A DNA stretch of 62,836 nucleotides, filler included, from Globobulimina sp. (GCA_003354225.1; 46 parts of 46 records of this genome joined end to end with filler, not necessarily neighbours in it); one strand, 5' to 3'. Counted from the whole stretch's first letter, positions 46,533 to 58,735 are shown. A program made the numbers and translations. Notes: a model not told the origin generated them from the letters alone.

Positions 46533-47735
46533 AAGAATTATTCCATCGATATCATCGATAAAACGGATGTGATTTCGGTAATGCTAAAGAATCATTTAAA
46601 ATCCAAACTGCAATGCAACATAAAATTGTTGATATTAAATGGATGTTCTTCATACATTTTAGGTAAAATGTTCAGTTCTTATGTCGCCAATGTAATATGC
46701 GTTAATCCCTATGTCAGAATATTTGACAGCACAGCAACCACATTCACTAAAAAGTTTTATCAAACATTACGAAAGTATCAGAGCAATGCGCTTTCATTTT
46801 CATATAATGTCCTAAAATCATATAACGCTGCCAAACGAAGCGTGCAAAAAGACTGCGAAACAGATTTCGAATGTGAAAGTCATAGTCATTCACACACCGA
46901 TACCATTTTTCATCAGTTTCTACATTTTAAAAATCAGTGGAAGGAATTACAAAGGCATATTAATAATGAAAGTTTGTTTCGCAAATATAGAGCGAATATG
47001 AAACGATTGGGCGTCCCAATCAATAATAAACCAATGAACGAATTGTATGATGGACAGACATTGATTATCTCAAATATATCACAGCAACAAATGCGAAGTT
47101 TACACACACATATACAGCAAAGCCTGTGCGATGAAAAGTCTGATTTGGACGCAGTGGCGGCAGTGCACCACAAAGACAAACATTACAAAGAATTAAGCGT
47201 CGCTTATTTTAAATTCAAAACAAGGCAGCATATGCGTGTAGCAAAGAGAATACTATTGCGAAAGCAGTTTGAGGAAGCAATAGTGTTGACCAAACGGATG
47301 GCAATACAGGAGCATATGTATGACGATAAGAAGTTGAGTGACGCAGTGGAGACACATAATTTGGCCTGGAAGCATAAAGAAGTGTCACGGTGCTGCTGTT
47401 CGCCTCATCACCCACATGCAGTAGAGGATAAACTGTTATTGTTACAAAATGGAAATATTATAAACAGGCCAATTATTGATGAGAGACACAGGCAAAGACT
47501 GAAACAAAGACGAAAGAAAAGGCAGGAAAAATTGCAAGCTCAAGGAAGTTACAGCAACGTGAATTTGTTGTCGCGAATTGATTCTGCATATCAATCAAAA
47601 GGAATTGCGAATAGGGTTTCGGGAAATGATTTAGGACGAAATAGATCCATTGCAAAAAAAGAAGCCGTTTTCGGACAAAATATTCTGGGCAGGAGTGTAT
47701 CAAAAAAAAGAAGGAATATTTTTGAAAATGTATAA
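46533..47735 (+). CDS. CHAT (caspase-like) domain protein with RRM-like insert, 5'-partial
   Basis: IKLLILNGCSS (catalytic Cys strand), NVICV...DSTATTFTKKFYQTL...SYNAAK, then TLIISNI...VAYFKFKT (RNP2/RNP1-like) and CCCSPHHPH. Confidence 0.65.
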   Translation, partial: KNYSIDIIDKTDVISVMLKNHLKSKLQCNIKLLILNGCSSYILGKMFSSYVANVICVNPYVRIFDSTATTFTKKFYQTLRKYQSNALSFSYNVLKSYNAAKRSVQKDCETDFECESHSHSHTDTIFHQFLHFKNQWKELQRHINNESLFRKYRANMKRLGVPINNKPMNELYDGQTLIISNISQQQMRSLHTHIQQSLCDEKSDLDAVAAVHHKDKHYKELSVAYFKFKTRQHMRVAKRILLRKQFEEAIVLTKRMAIQEHMYDDKKLSDAVETHNLAWKHKEVSRCCCSPHHPHAVEDKLLLLQNGNIINRPIIDERHRQRLKQRRKKRQEKLQAQGSYSNVNLLSRIDSAYQSKGIANRVSGNDLGRNRSIAKKEAVFGQNILGRSVSKKRRNIFENV

Positions 47736-47899
47736 ATAAAACAGATTTTTAGAAGTAACTCACACTGCAGTAAACTGAAGAATGGCACTTGGCAATTTTN
47801 NNNNNNNNNNNNNNNNNNNNNNNNNNNNNNNNNNNNNNNNNNNTTAATTAATTAANNNNNNNNNNNNNNNNNNNNNNNNNNNNNNNNNNNNNNNNNNNN

Positions 47900-49014
47900 C
47901 TGTTCTATAAACCTATCCTGATGATAAAAAAAACGACATAAATCCACAATTTCATAAGGAATTATTTGTTTAAGCTTTATTTGTTTCACATATGCGTTTA
48001 TTACCCGTTTAGTGCTCCTATATTGAATATGATGAGGCATATATTCAATGAAATCATCTTTTTTTATTTCATGAATATGGGTTATTTCATCATCAATTTG
48101 CTGTGGAAACACATCCCCGCGATAACTACACGATGCTGCTAAATATTTGCCATTTAATATTCACTCCATTGTCCTGCTCAAATAATGGTGAATGAGATAG
48201 CAAAAAGAAATGCAATCTTGGAAATGGAACTAAATTAATTCCCATTCTTAATAAATCACTATTTAATTCAACAGGAAATCGAAAAGAAGCAGTTGCCCCA
48301 CTCATTGCCATCGAAATCAGCCAATTCAAAACTGAATATTTTGGCTGTTTCTGCTTTAATATATTGTGTGCAATGTTGAATAATGCAATATTATCAAACA
48401 TAAATGTTTCATCCGCATTCTCCAACATCTGATGAATGCAAAGCGTTGCATTGTATGGTTCCACCACTGGACAGAAACACTGTGCATAGGAAACGGAAAA
48501 CGTTGCGTTGATTTTTGAGGGATACATATCGCGTAATTTTAACAGTATTAATGTAGCCAAACCAGAGCCTGTTCCACCGCCAATGGAATGCGTTAATTGG
48601 AATCCTTGCGGAAAAGCACAGATTTCGGCTTCTTTTCTGATGATATATATCGAGAACCTGATCGATTATTTGGGCACCATCTGTGTAATGCCCTTTTGCC
48701 CAATTGTTGCCAGTGCCACATTGACCAAAACAGAAATTACCAGGTTTATATAATGAAGCCATTGGCGATGATAAGAGGATATCCAATGTTGCTGGTTCTA
48801 AGTCAATGAAGCAAGCTCTTGGAATGTATTGCATTGTTTCCATTTGCTGGAAATATACATTAATTTTACTTAATATTTCTTCATTATCCTTCTCTTTGCA
48901 TTCTCTTACAAACATACCATTTCTTAATTGATGTTCTGCAGATATTGTATCCCAAAAAGCATTCCCAATTTGATTACCACACTGTCCAACTTGAACGTGA
49001 ATAATCTCTCTCAT
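47900..49014 (-). pseudogene. TUBB: Divergent beta-tubulin (foraminiferal beta-2-like), frameshifted, deleted and chimeric
   Basis: MREIIHVQVGQCGNQIG, GNNWAKGHYT, PQGFQLTHSIGGGTGSG, VVEPYNA and LVPFPRLHFF. Frameshift in an (AT)n run at about 48645, deletion plus frameshift at about 48155, and a non-tubulin tail after HHIQ. Confidence 0.9.
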
Positions 49015-49267
49015 TGTTTCAAAGTAAAGAATAAACTCTCTCTTAAATGTCGTGAATAAATTACTTTTCACAAATTATCAAAGTCGAACACCTTGCTGCG
49101 ATAACATGAGTTATTTTATATTGCACCTTATTGCCAAATATTTCCTTTTTCGTCAACAAATAGGGANNNNNNNNNNNNNNNNNNNNNNNNNNNNNNNNNN
49201 NNNNNNNNNNTTAATTAATTAANNNNNNNNNNNNNNNNNNNNNNNNNNNNNNNNNNNNNNNNNNNNA

Positions 49268-50533
49268 GTAACTATCAATTTAGCTGACTTGAAACCTGCA
49301 CTGAATGGCCCCTTTACGCCCGATTTAAGAAACACTTTAGGTTTGCTACCTTTATCCACATTATTCCTCACATTGCACGCAACTGCAACTACGCAGGCGA
49401 TGAGATCAAAAACGCCGCAAACAAGAACGGATGGCCTATGAAGGTCAGTGCCTCATTGATCGGCTCATGCACCAACTCCTCGTACGAAGATATGTCGCGT
49501 TGTGCTTCGTTAGTGAGCCAAGCCAAACAGGCGGGATTGGCCTTGAAATGCCCCTTTTTTGTGTCCCCCGGCAGTGAACAGGTACGAGCCACCATTGCCA
49601 GAGATGGCATACAGGCCATATTAGAGTCAGTGGGCGCCACTGTACTATCAAACTCGTGCGGTCCTTGTATTGGACAATGGAACCGGCCGCACTCTGAAAT
49701 CTATGATCCGAATGTAGCCAATACCATCGTGACTTCATTCAATCGGAATTTCGCGAAAAGAAACGATGGAAATCCGCTAACGAATGCATTTGTAACCTCG
49801 CCTGAAACATGTACCATGTTGGCGTTTAGCGGAGATTTATCCTTCAATCCAGTCACGGATAGCATTACGAAAGCGGATGGCTCAGAGTTTCGCTTCCAAG
49901 CACCCACAGGGAATTATTTGCCACCCAACGGGTTTGATGCGGGTATTGATACATATCAGGAGCCAGCAGTGGATGGTAGTAATTTGAGTGTGAATGTGGA
50001 TGAAGATTCAGATCGATTGCAGTTATTATCGCCGTTTGCAGCATGGGATGGTGGTGATATTGTTGGTGCAGCTGTTTTGATCAAAGCGCGGGGCAAATGT
50101 ACCACGGATCACATCTCGATGGCTGGTCCATGGCTGAAGTTTCGCGGACATTTGGACAACATTAGCAATAACTGCTTAATTGGCGCTATAAATGACGCGA
50201 ATGGGCAGGAAAATACAGTTTTGAATGTGTTGACTGGCGAAGAGGGAGCAGTGCCGGATACGGCGAGGAATTATAAAGCGAATAATTTGCAGTGGATTGT
50301 AGTTGGTATGTGTTTGTAGGGATTTTTACATCGAAAACGAATGTTTTTATATATGAAGGGGATAATAATTATGGCGAAGGGAGTTCGCGTGAACATGCGG
50401 CATTGGAGCCGCGTCATTTAGGCGGTCGAGCAGTAATCACACGATCATTTGCAAGGATTCATGAAACAAATTTGAAAAAACAAGGAATGTTACCGCTGAC
50501 GTTTGCAAATATTGAGGATTATGATAAGATACA
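49268..50533 (+). CDS. ACO2: Mitochondrial-type aconitase, internal part; introns 49341-49396 and 50306-50358
   Basis: [43 protein letters not shown] and [12 protein letters not shown]. Confidence 0.97.
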
Positions 50534-50633
50534 NNNNNNNNNNNNNNNNNNNNNNNNNNNNNNNNNNNNNNNNNNNNTTAATTAATTAANNNNNNNNNNN
50601 NNNNNNNNNNNNNNNNNNNNNNNNNNNNNNNNN

Positions 50634-51900
50634 GAATCAATGCCAATTGTAAGTCTCTCTTAATTTCATCCTTAATTTCAGCCTTAATTTCATCAAATTC
50701 ATATTTCATTTCATCTCCAAATGCATCTTCCATTCGCAAGTCCAAATCGATAGTACTGCTCATTGCGACTGACCCTGTCCCTTCTAAAGCATTGCTTACT
50801 TTCAATTCAACAATTTCATTCTCATTATGCGCACTGTTCCGGTCTGCACAATTGCCATTCTGTCTCAATGTAAATTCAATTTCCTGCCTCATTTTCCGTT
50901 TTTTCTTCATTTCGCTTAATTTCCCTACACAACAAAAGTTACAAAATATATCAACAGTACATTTGTGTATATATATATATAACTTGTTTGCAATATATAG
51001 TTAAAAGTATTTGGAATCATCAACGCTTTCAACCAATCATAATGAGGTCCTAAATTATTCTGCAATCCATGAATAAAATCAGCATCAATTTTTTGATCAC
51101 AATCCATATCCAAAACGCGGCTCTTAATATAGCTATTCGTGACTGCCCATTCTTGACAACACGTATAATTAACAATTGCTAAGCGGACATGATAATCATT
51201 TTTATCTCTCCCATTCAATAAATACTCAAATATCGGCTTATAAAACTTAACATTTTTTCGATGTTTCTGGCTTTCTAACAGCCAAAACATAGCAGGAACA
51301 ACCACTAACTTTGCAATTTCCAATGCCATCACGCCAATTCCAAATAGAAACACCGCGGCAGCCGGTACCAACACAACAAATGCGATCATTGCAAGCAAAG
51401 CCAATATCCAAGTAATAACATCGCACGCTGCAGTTCTACATTTTTTCCATGTCCATTCCGCATTTTTTCCGGACGAATTTCACACAAAATAAGCACCGTA
51501 CATTGCGTGCTTGTGGTTGACTCTGCGCATTGTTAACGTTTCTGCGTTGTCGTCCACCTTGACAACATATTTCATAACAGCAAAACTTGCACGTGAACAG
51601 ACAAAATATGCAATTTACTTTGCAATTATCACACGCAGAGCTGTTATGTATAGGATGTCCGCCATGAGCATAGGCATTGCCACTATAAAAGCAACATGGA
51701 CAACATTTAAGATACGAGGCTTTTCCTTTGATGCAAAACTCCTTAGTACAATATACCAATAATGTGCTAATAGCTATTAACAATGCCACCAATACACTTA
51801 ATCCAACCATACTCAATATTTTAATGATCCATATCTTGCCAGCAATCGTAAACGAATCAAATGTTTTAAATCCATAATTCTCTTCAGGATGATAAAAAAC
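50634..51900 (-). CDS. Hypothetical Cys-rich membrane protein, multi-exon, partial
   Basis: Three consecutive minus-strand ORFs separated by short intron-like gaps, with TM segments and CC-rich (palmitoylation-like) tracts. Confidence 0.5.
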
Positions 51901-52061
51901 NNNNNNNNNNNNNNNNNNNNNNNNNNNNNNNNNNNNNNNNNNNNTTAATTAATTAANNNNNNNNNNNNNNNNNNNNNNNNNNNNNNNNNNNNNNNNNNNN
52001 ACTGTAACAGTAAAACTGTAAAATCGTTCTCACCATTGACCATTTCAAGGGAAGCAAAAAG

Positions 52062-53267
52062 TCAATTTGAAACTTTGTGTCGTGGATCATCCAAATACCA
52101 ATCAGTCGACGGCATTGTTAACTTTTGTGTTGCATAATTTATGTCAGTTTTCAAATATGGCAGCAAGTCATCCTTCAGAACAATCAGTCTGCCGTCATTC
52201 CTACGATGTGGCACACATTTTATGGCGGGCACATATTTGCGCAACTCATCACACACAAACTGTTTCAAACTGTATTTCTCTCTCATTCCAACAACGTTGC
52301 CATGCTTTGCTTTGCCAATAATAATATGCAAACCATCACATTTCTCCATATCAAACTGCTTCAACCTGTATCCAATAATATATCGCAATAAAAATTGTAT
52401 TTGTAAATGATTAAAACAGTGCAATTCGATCTCATTCTTAAGCTTTGCCCCTTCCACTTGATAATTTAAATCATTTTTGTGCGATTGATGAGTTTCAAAC
52501 AGTTCTACAATTTTTGCCGGATTCACATTGTGATACAATGCAATGGCCGCAGTCAGCCAGTGACTGGAAGCAACGCAAGACACTTTTAACCCATATTTAT
52601 CATATTCACACTCCATGCATTTATTTAATTTGCTAAACACTTTTAGTTTTTGCTTGAACGTTAAGTTAAAATCTTTAATAATACCGCTGATAGCAACACA
52701 TTTCAAATCTAAACTACCCATTGCCGGTTTTAACCCATTTCGAGTGATAAGTTTGTAACATTCCAACGCTTTTTGTGGTTTTCTCGCTACGATAAGTCCA
52801 CGGATTATCTCGTTATAAACTATAATATTAGCGGCGTGCTTGTATTTTTTGAACAATTTAAGTGCATTAATCATCCCGTTAATGTTTCCAATGCGGCTAA
52901 ATATGTTTAGATACGCTCCAAATAATGGTAGATACAGTTTATTTTGTCTTTGTTTTTCGTTGAGTGTGGATAGGAATTCCTTAAATTTAGCGATAGCTTT
53001 TTCTGATTGATTGCTTTTAGAATAAACAGATATGATTTCGTTATAAGTAAAGTGGTTTGGTGTAACATTGTAAGTATTTTGCATCGATGCCCAATAAAAC
53101 TGTGCCATTTCCCATTTGCATTGTAACCGACAGGATTTTATTAACGTTGTGAACGTAATGACAGTCGGTGCCATATTGACATTTGAATGCTGTGCACTTG
53201 TCATTATTTTGAAATATTTATGACATAGAAAGGGTTGGTCTGCTTTTGACATTGCATTAAAAAATAT
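52062..53267 (-). CDS. PPR protein with C-terminal SMR-like domain, 5'-partial
   Basis: PPR motifs PTVITFTTLIKSC, PNHFTYNEIISVY and NIIVYNEIIRG. SMR-like IELHCF...LHIIIGKAKHG...RNDGRLIV. Confidence 0.8.
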   Translation of the reverse strand: MFFNAMSKADQPFLCHKYFKIMTSAQHSNVNMAPTVITFTTLIKSCRLQCKWEMAQFYWASMQNTYNVTPNHFTYNEIISVYSKSNQSEKAIAKFKEFLSTLNEKQRQNKLYLPLFGAYLNIFSRIGNINGMINALKLFKKYKHAANIIVYNEIIRGLIVARKPQKALECYKLITRNGLKPAMGSLDLKCVAISGIIKDFNLTFKQKLKVFSKLNKCMECEYDKYGLKVSCVASSHWLTAAIALYHNVNPAKIVELFETHQSHKNDLNYQVEGAKLKNEIELHCFNHLQIQFLLRYIIGYRLKQFDMEKCDGLHIIIGKAKHGNVVGMREKYSLKQFVCDELRKYVPAIKCVPHRRNDGRLIVLKDDLLPYLKTDINYATQKLTMPSTDWYLDDPRHKVSN

Positions 53268-53461
53268 NNNNNNNNNNNNNNNNNNNNNNNNNNNNNNNNN
53301 NNNNNNNNNNNTTAATTAATTAANNNNNNNNNNNNNNNNNNNNNNNNNNNNNNNNNNNNNNNNNNNNATTCACTCAATGATCGCTTTCTGCGTTTGTGAG
53401 ACATTAATACGCATTATTTTTCAAACAAAGAAGTTTTCAACTTAACAGCTTGAAGTACATC

Positions 53462-54634
53462 ATGTCGTATTTAGCTCGTCGGTTTTTATCCAAACAATCA
53501 GCTGCAGTCATTCGAACACCTGCAATACAGAGTTTCTCTCAATTTCAATTCAGTGCAAAACAACACCATAAACCAAACCAAGAGGCACCAAAACATGTAT
53601 TAAAAATAAGTGATTTAACAAATTCAGAGGTAACAAATCTATTAAAAGCAGCATTAGTTTTAAAAACATCACCAATATCATTTTACAATAAAACGTTGGA
53701 AAATAAAACATTATTAATGTTATTCGAGAAAGCATCCTTAAGAACACATATTTCCTTCCAAGTCGGCATGAGTCAATTAGGTGGAAATGCCATTTATTAT
53801 TCAGTCGAACATTCGCCGTTAGGCCAAAAAGAAACGTTTTCCGACACTGGTATTTATACAAAAACACATTTATATATAATATATTTAAAAAAAGCGCACA
53901 AATCATATTAAATCAGGTGCGGTATTATCCCGTTATTGCGATGCGATGATGGCTCGTGTCAAAAACCGCGAAGATATTTGGGAATTAGCAAAGTATGCAA
54001 CAATTCCTGTGATCAATGGATTGGACGATGTCGCTCATCCGGCACAAATATTAGCGGACTTATTAACTATTAAAGAGTGTAAAGGAAACTTTGATGGCTT
54101 AAAATTTGTGTATTTTGGTGATATCCATAATAATGTCACATATGATTTGATGAGAGGTTGCATTTTGATGGGCTTTACACAATGTTTTGTTTGTGGGCCG
54201 TCAGCAAAAGGCGTTGGATATGATATAGAGGATGGAATATTGGATGAATGCGGTGACATAAATAGAAAATATGGCAATAAGTGCGAATTGGTGGTGACTG
54301 AGGATGTGAATGTTGCCGCGGAGAATGCAGATATAATATATACGGACAGTTGGATGAGTTATGGGATCAGCAAAGAATTGCAAGAGGAGAGAATGAATAT
54401 ATTTGCGCCGTACAGAGTGACGGAGGATATTCTACGAATGGCAAATAAGGATTGCATTTTTATGAATTGTTTGCCAGCGATGCGAGGACACGAACAAACT
54501 GCAAAAGTTATTGATGGAGCACAAAGTGTGGTATTTGATCAAGCTGAGAATAGGTTGCATGCTCAGAAAGCATTATTGCTATATTTGATAAATGGTAATT
54601 TTGAGAATAATGATGGTGACAGTTCTCCTGTGGA
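53462..54634 (+). CDS. OTC: Ornithine carbamoyltransferase with mitochondrial presequence; intron 53850-53916
   Basis: FEKASLRT, PVINGLDDVAHPAQILAD, GDIHNNV, YTDSWMSYG, FMNCLPAMRG and DQAENRLHAQK. Confidence 0.95.
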
Positions 54635-54734
54635 NNNNNNNNNNNNNNNNNNNNNNNNNNNNNNNNNNNNNNNNNNNNTTAATTAATTAANNNNNNNNNN
54701 NNNNNNNNNNNNNNNNNNNNNNNNNNNNNNNNNN

Positions 54735-55682
54735 TACTTGGCACATAAATCTGGCATTAATTTTGTACAAATTGGTGCCTGCGATGGTAATTGGGAAGCA
54801 TCCAATGATCCGATACAGAAATTTATACTGCAGAAGAAAGATTGGCATGGCGTTATGTTGGAACCTGTGCCATATTTATTTGATACACTTTCACGAAATG
54901 TAATTAAATCTATCCCAGATTGGACGGATAGAATTCTTCCAATAAATGCTGCCTTGAGTGATCATGATGGCTATCAAACTTTTTTTGTTGTAAACCCACA
55001 TTTTGCGGAGGAAATGCCGCAGGAAACACATGCTTTGAAATTTCAAATTGGTAGCTTTAATAAAGAACATATCGTCAAACATTTGAAAGTAAAACGAGAG
55101 CGAGTTTGGTTCATATTTTTTTATATTGTTTTTTTTTTGTGATTGTGTTGATAATATCGGGTGTTTAATAAATGAAACCTAACTGATACGGTTATCGAAT
55201 TTGTCTATTTTAGGTTATATTTAGTTTTTGTGTTGATTTTTGTTTTCGAATTTCACACAGAAACTATGTATAAATAAAATCTAAAAATGGACAAATTGTA
55301 ACCTTATCGTTTGGATTTCTTTTAAAATAAATATTTGTTATGTTTGTAGGGACAATTAAGTCAAGAATTGGATCATTATATCGATGGAATTAATGTAACC
55401 ACATTGAGCGCAATGAGTGTGGTGAAAAGATATCGAGAGAGTGACAAAATTGTGCGTGACGGCAGTATTGATGTGTTAACAATTGATGCAGAAGGATATG
55501 ATTTTGTGGTTTTGAAAGGATTTTTGGTGAATACAACAATAAGACCATTGATGGTTATATACGAAAACTTACATTTATCAAATGATGATAAAAAAGCAGC
55601 CATACAGTTATTGCATGATTATGGATATATTGTAATTGATGATAGTTGGAATACAATAGGTATCCGGACATCCAATCTGTAA
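54735..55682 (+). CDS. FkbM-family methyltransferase, 5'-partial, one long intron (~55105-55349)
   Basis: FVQIGACDG, GVMLEPVP, PINAALS and IDVLTIDAEGYD. Confidence 0.85.
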
Positions 55683-56101
55683 ATGTATTGCTGGCGTGCG
55701 TTCAAATGCAATTGATCTGTTTGTACCGTTTATATTTATATATTTTGCAACTCTTTCATCGTATTGTCCAAATTCAATTAATAGAAACACTGTATACACT
55801 TTTCGAAAACACTCAATTAACAGTATAAATAAAAAATATGTTAAGATTATCTCCGATCATTAAAACAATACGTTTCTGCGCAATTTTATACCAGAAAAAA
55901 GTCAGAAAATATATATATATATATACAACAGTACTGATATGGTTAAATTATCGAATCAATTGCAACAGTTACGATTGATATGGTGTGTTAATAGCACCTT
56001 TNNNNNNNNNNNNNNNNNNNNNNNNNNNNNNNNNNNNNNNNNNNNTTAATTAATTAANNNNNNNNNNNNNNNNNNNNNNNNNNNNNNNNNNNNNNNNNNN
56101 N

Positions 56102-57368
56102 TGATGGCTCATTAAACACTGTCAATGTTTGTAATTTTTTAAGTAACCGAATAAATACAGAAAATTTAATGGTTTCTTTATCTTCTTTGCATACAAATAT
56201 TTTTGAAAATTTCTTATATCCATAAATATCTGCATCAAAATCATCAGAATGACAATCAAAATGTGTATCCATAAAAGCAGTATTAATATTTACCTCATTT
56301 TTCTTTTGTATAAATTGATGAAATAAATGTGTAATATATAGGGGTGTCTCAAAAGTATATGGTTTCTGTAAATAAACACATTCAATTTCTCCATTTATTA
56401 ATTTATTTAATTTATTGACATCGCCACGGAATGGTTTAATAGAAGGCAATGGATATCCTTTCAACATCTCATCCAATATATTTATTACCTTTATTAATGG
56501 CTGGAAATTGATTTTTTGTGGAATATTTCTAATGGTCGCAAATTGCAATCTATTCAATCCGCCAATAAATAGTCGTTCATCTTCATTGCCAAATGCTGTC
56601 CAATTATTTGCATTGAAAAATGTTGCAGCTGAACCATTATTTTTTATATCGAGGACAATCCCTTCGGCGCCAAATATCGACCAAGCGATGGTAAAATCTA
56701 ATATGAAGACAACAAAAACAATTATTAATTTATAGTGAAAGGATAAAAAATAAGTACAAAACCGGCTGTTGTTGAGAAGGGGCCACATATTTTTATTGTG
56801 GTACTATCAAATAATAGCTCTGTCGATACGCCATGGAAATAAATGCCAATATCTGAGTCATCCATCTCTTCCCCATAACATTCCACACATTCTCTCAGAT
56901 ATTTGCCCCAATGATAATATTCAGAATGGCGGGTTTTTAAAACCTCATTGGTTTCATAGGGACTTATTTTCCGAAATGTACTCGAAAATGTGTTACTATG
57001 CGCACTAAAATTACAATAAAACATTAATGCCATTATATGATGGATTAGAATCGGCGAATATTGCTTTATATCATACATCTTCTCCGTCCATACATCTTCT
57101 TCATGTACGTTATATTCACATTGCAGAGGCGGCGCATTTTTATCATTTTGCCAATTATGTAATTGAATGGTTGCTTTCTCCAAAATATCACAATATTGAG
57201 ACAGGGAAAAGGGACTCCATTTATTGTTTAATAGTTCAGTCTTAAAATTATTATATTTGCCATAAACGACCCAATCTCGAATCAAATAACCCGCATTGCC
57301 TTCAATTTGAACATCGCCATTATCCATTTTATATAAAATATTCCATTGTTTATCGACATTTTTTCGAT
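56102..57368 (-). CDS. ARTC-like (R-S-E fold) ADP-ribosyltransferase-like protein, partial; intron 56698-56762
   Basis: ALMFYC helix, YFHGVS (beta-1), GPFSTTA|DFTIA..F (STS), GIVLDI and TAFGNEDERLF (ExE). The 65-nt intron joins two ORFs in frame. Confidence 0.65.
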
Positions 57369-57468
57369 NNNNNNNNNNNNNNNNNNNNNNNNNNNNNNNN
57401 NNNNNNNNNNNNTTAATTAATTAANNNNNNNNNNNNNNNNNNNNNNNNNNNNNNNNNNNNNNNNNNNN

Positions 57469-58735
57469 CCCAACAGACCAAACTAATGAAAATATAAATA
57501 TCGATTCAATAATATCTGGATCTTGCCGCGACTGTGCGGCATTTCTCTCGTTTATATCCATTGAACATATCGATTGATAAATGCAGCATAATTGTTTAAT
57601 CATATTCAGTTCGCATTGTGGTAGCACTAAACTGCATTTATTCTCTTCATTTCCATACAATACAAAATCTAACGCTGCTTCTAAATATTTATTGCCTAAA
57701 CGTAACAATTCCGATTGTTCATCTTGCTGCGAATTGGGCAGTATGCATTTTACCCATCTTTTAAAATATGGTAAATATCGCAAATCCTTCGAATCGACAT
57801 AAACCATACCACAGCGGGAGATTGTTGCCGGTGATGCATACTGCAAATCATAAACTTCTACTAATAATTTTACGTGATCCTGCAACATCATACGTTCGCC
57901 GTTTGGTAAAGTTAACAATTTATTATCATCCATGACAGAATTCATCGATTCCACCCACATGGTATCAACATCTCCATCAAATAATAACCACCGCAATTCT
58001 TTAAATTTAGTAGATTTCTTATCTTCTTTAATTGGCTCATTTATAATTCGAAACACTTTGGATAAAATACCATCTGTCCACTCTCTGGTGAGTGGGTCTA
58101 AAACGCCATATAATTCCGCAACAGTTTGTGCTTTGGGATTTAATCGGAATAATTTCACATTGGTTTTGAAGGCTTGCTTATAAGACCTTGATAAGGTTTC
58201 AATCACAACAGATTTGCCGCCCTGCGTTGGGCCCACCACCATACACGTATGGCGAGTCAGCATTGTTTCATATAATTGCACCACTTTATCGATTTGCTGC
58301 TCAAATACCACATTATCATCATGTCGTAAGTTATGATTTTCCATATCTACAACAATTGCATTCTTTAATAATTCATGCTGTACTCTCGGACAGTCCAAGC
58401 CGGGAAATAAGTCATTAATTAACTGCAGGAATAATGGTACATCCTCATACACAAACTTCGGAGCGTTCATATCTCTCAATGCGCGCATTAATGTCATGTC
58501 TTCAGCAAAGCCAGAGCCACGTTTCAATGCGCCAGCCATTACTAGCACAGATTTCAGTGCTCTTAAACCAAAATCATAATGGTACTGTTTACTCAATTGT
58601 TCTCGAGCTAATTTATACAAAACACACATTTTCTTCGCCAACATTCGAGCCTGCGCAAATCCTTCAGAAAACAGCATAATTTCACATATCTGTTCCATAT
58701 CAGGCACAATCATAGTAACCGGACGAAATAATGAT
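57469..58735 (-). CDS. DNAH10: Axonemal dynein heavy chain (inner-arm f/I1 alpha-like), AAA1-AAA2 region
   Basis: LAKKMCVLYKLAREQLSKQYHYDFGLRALKSVLVMAG, GPTQGGKS, WTDGILS, MNSVMDDNKLLTLPNGER and ASPATISRCGMVY. Confidence 0.9.
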
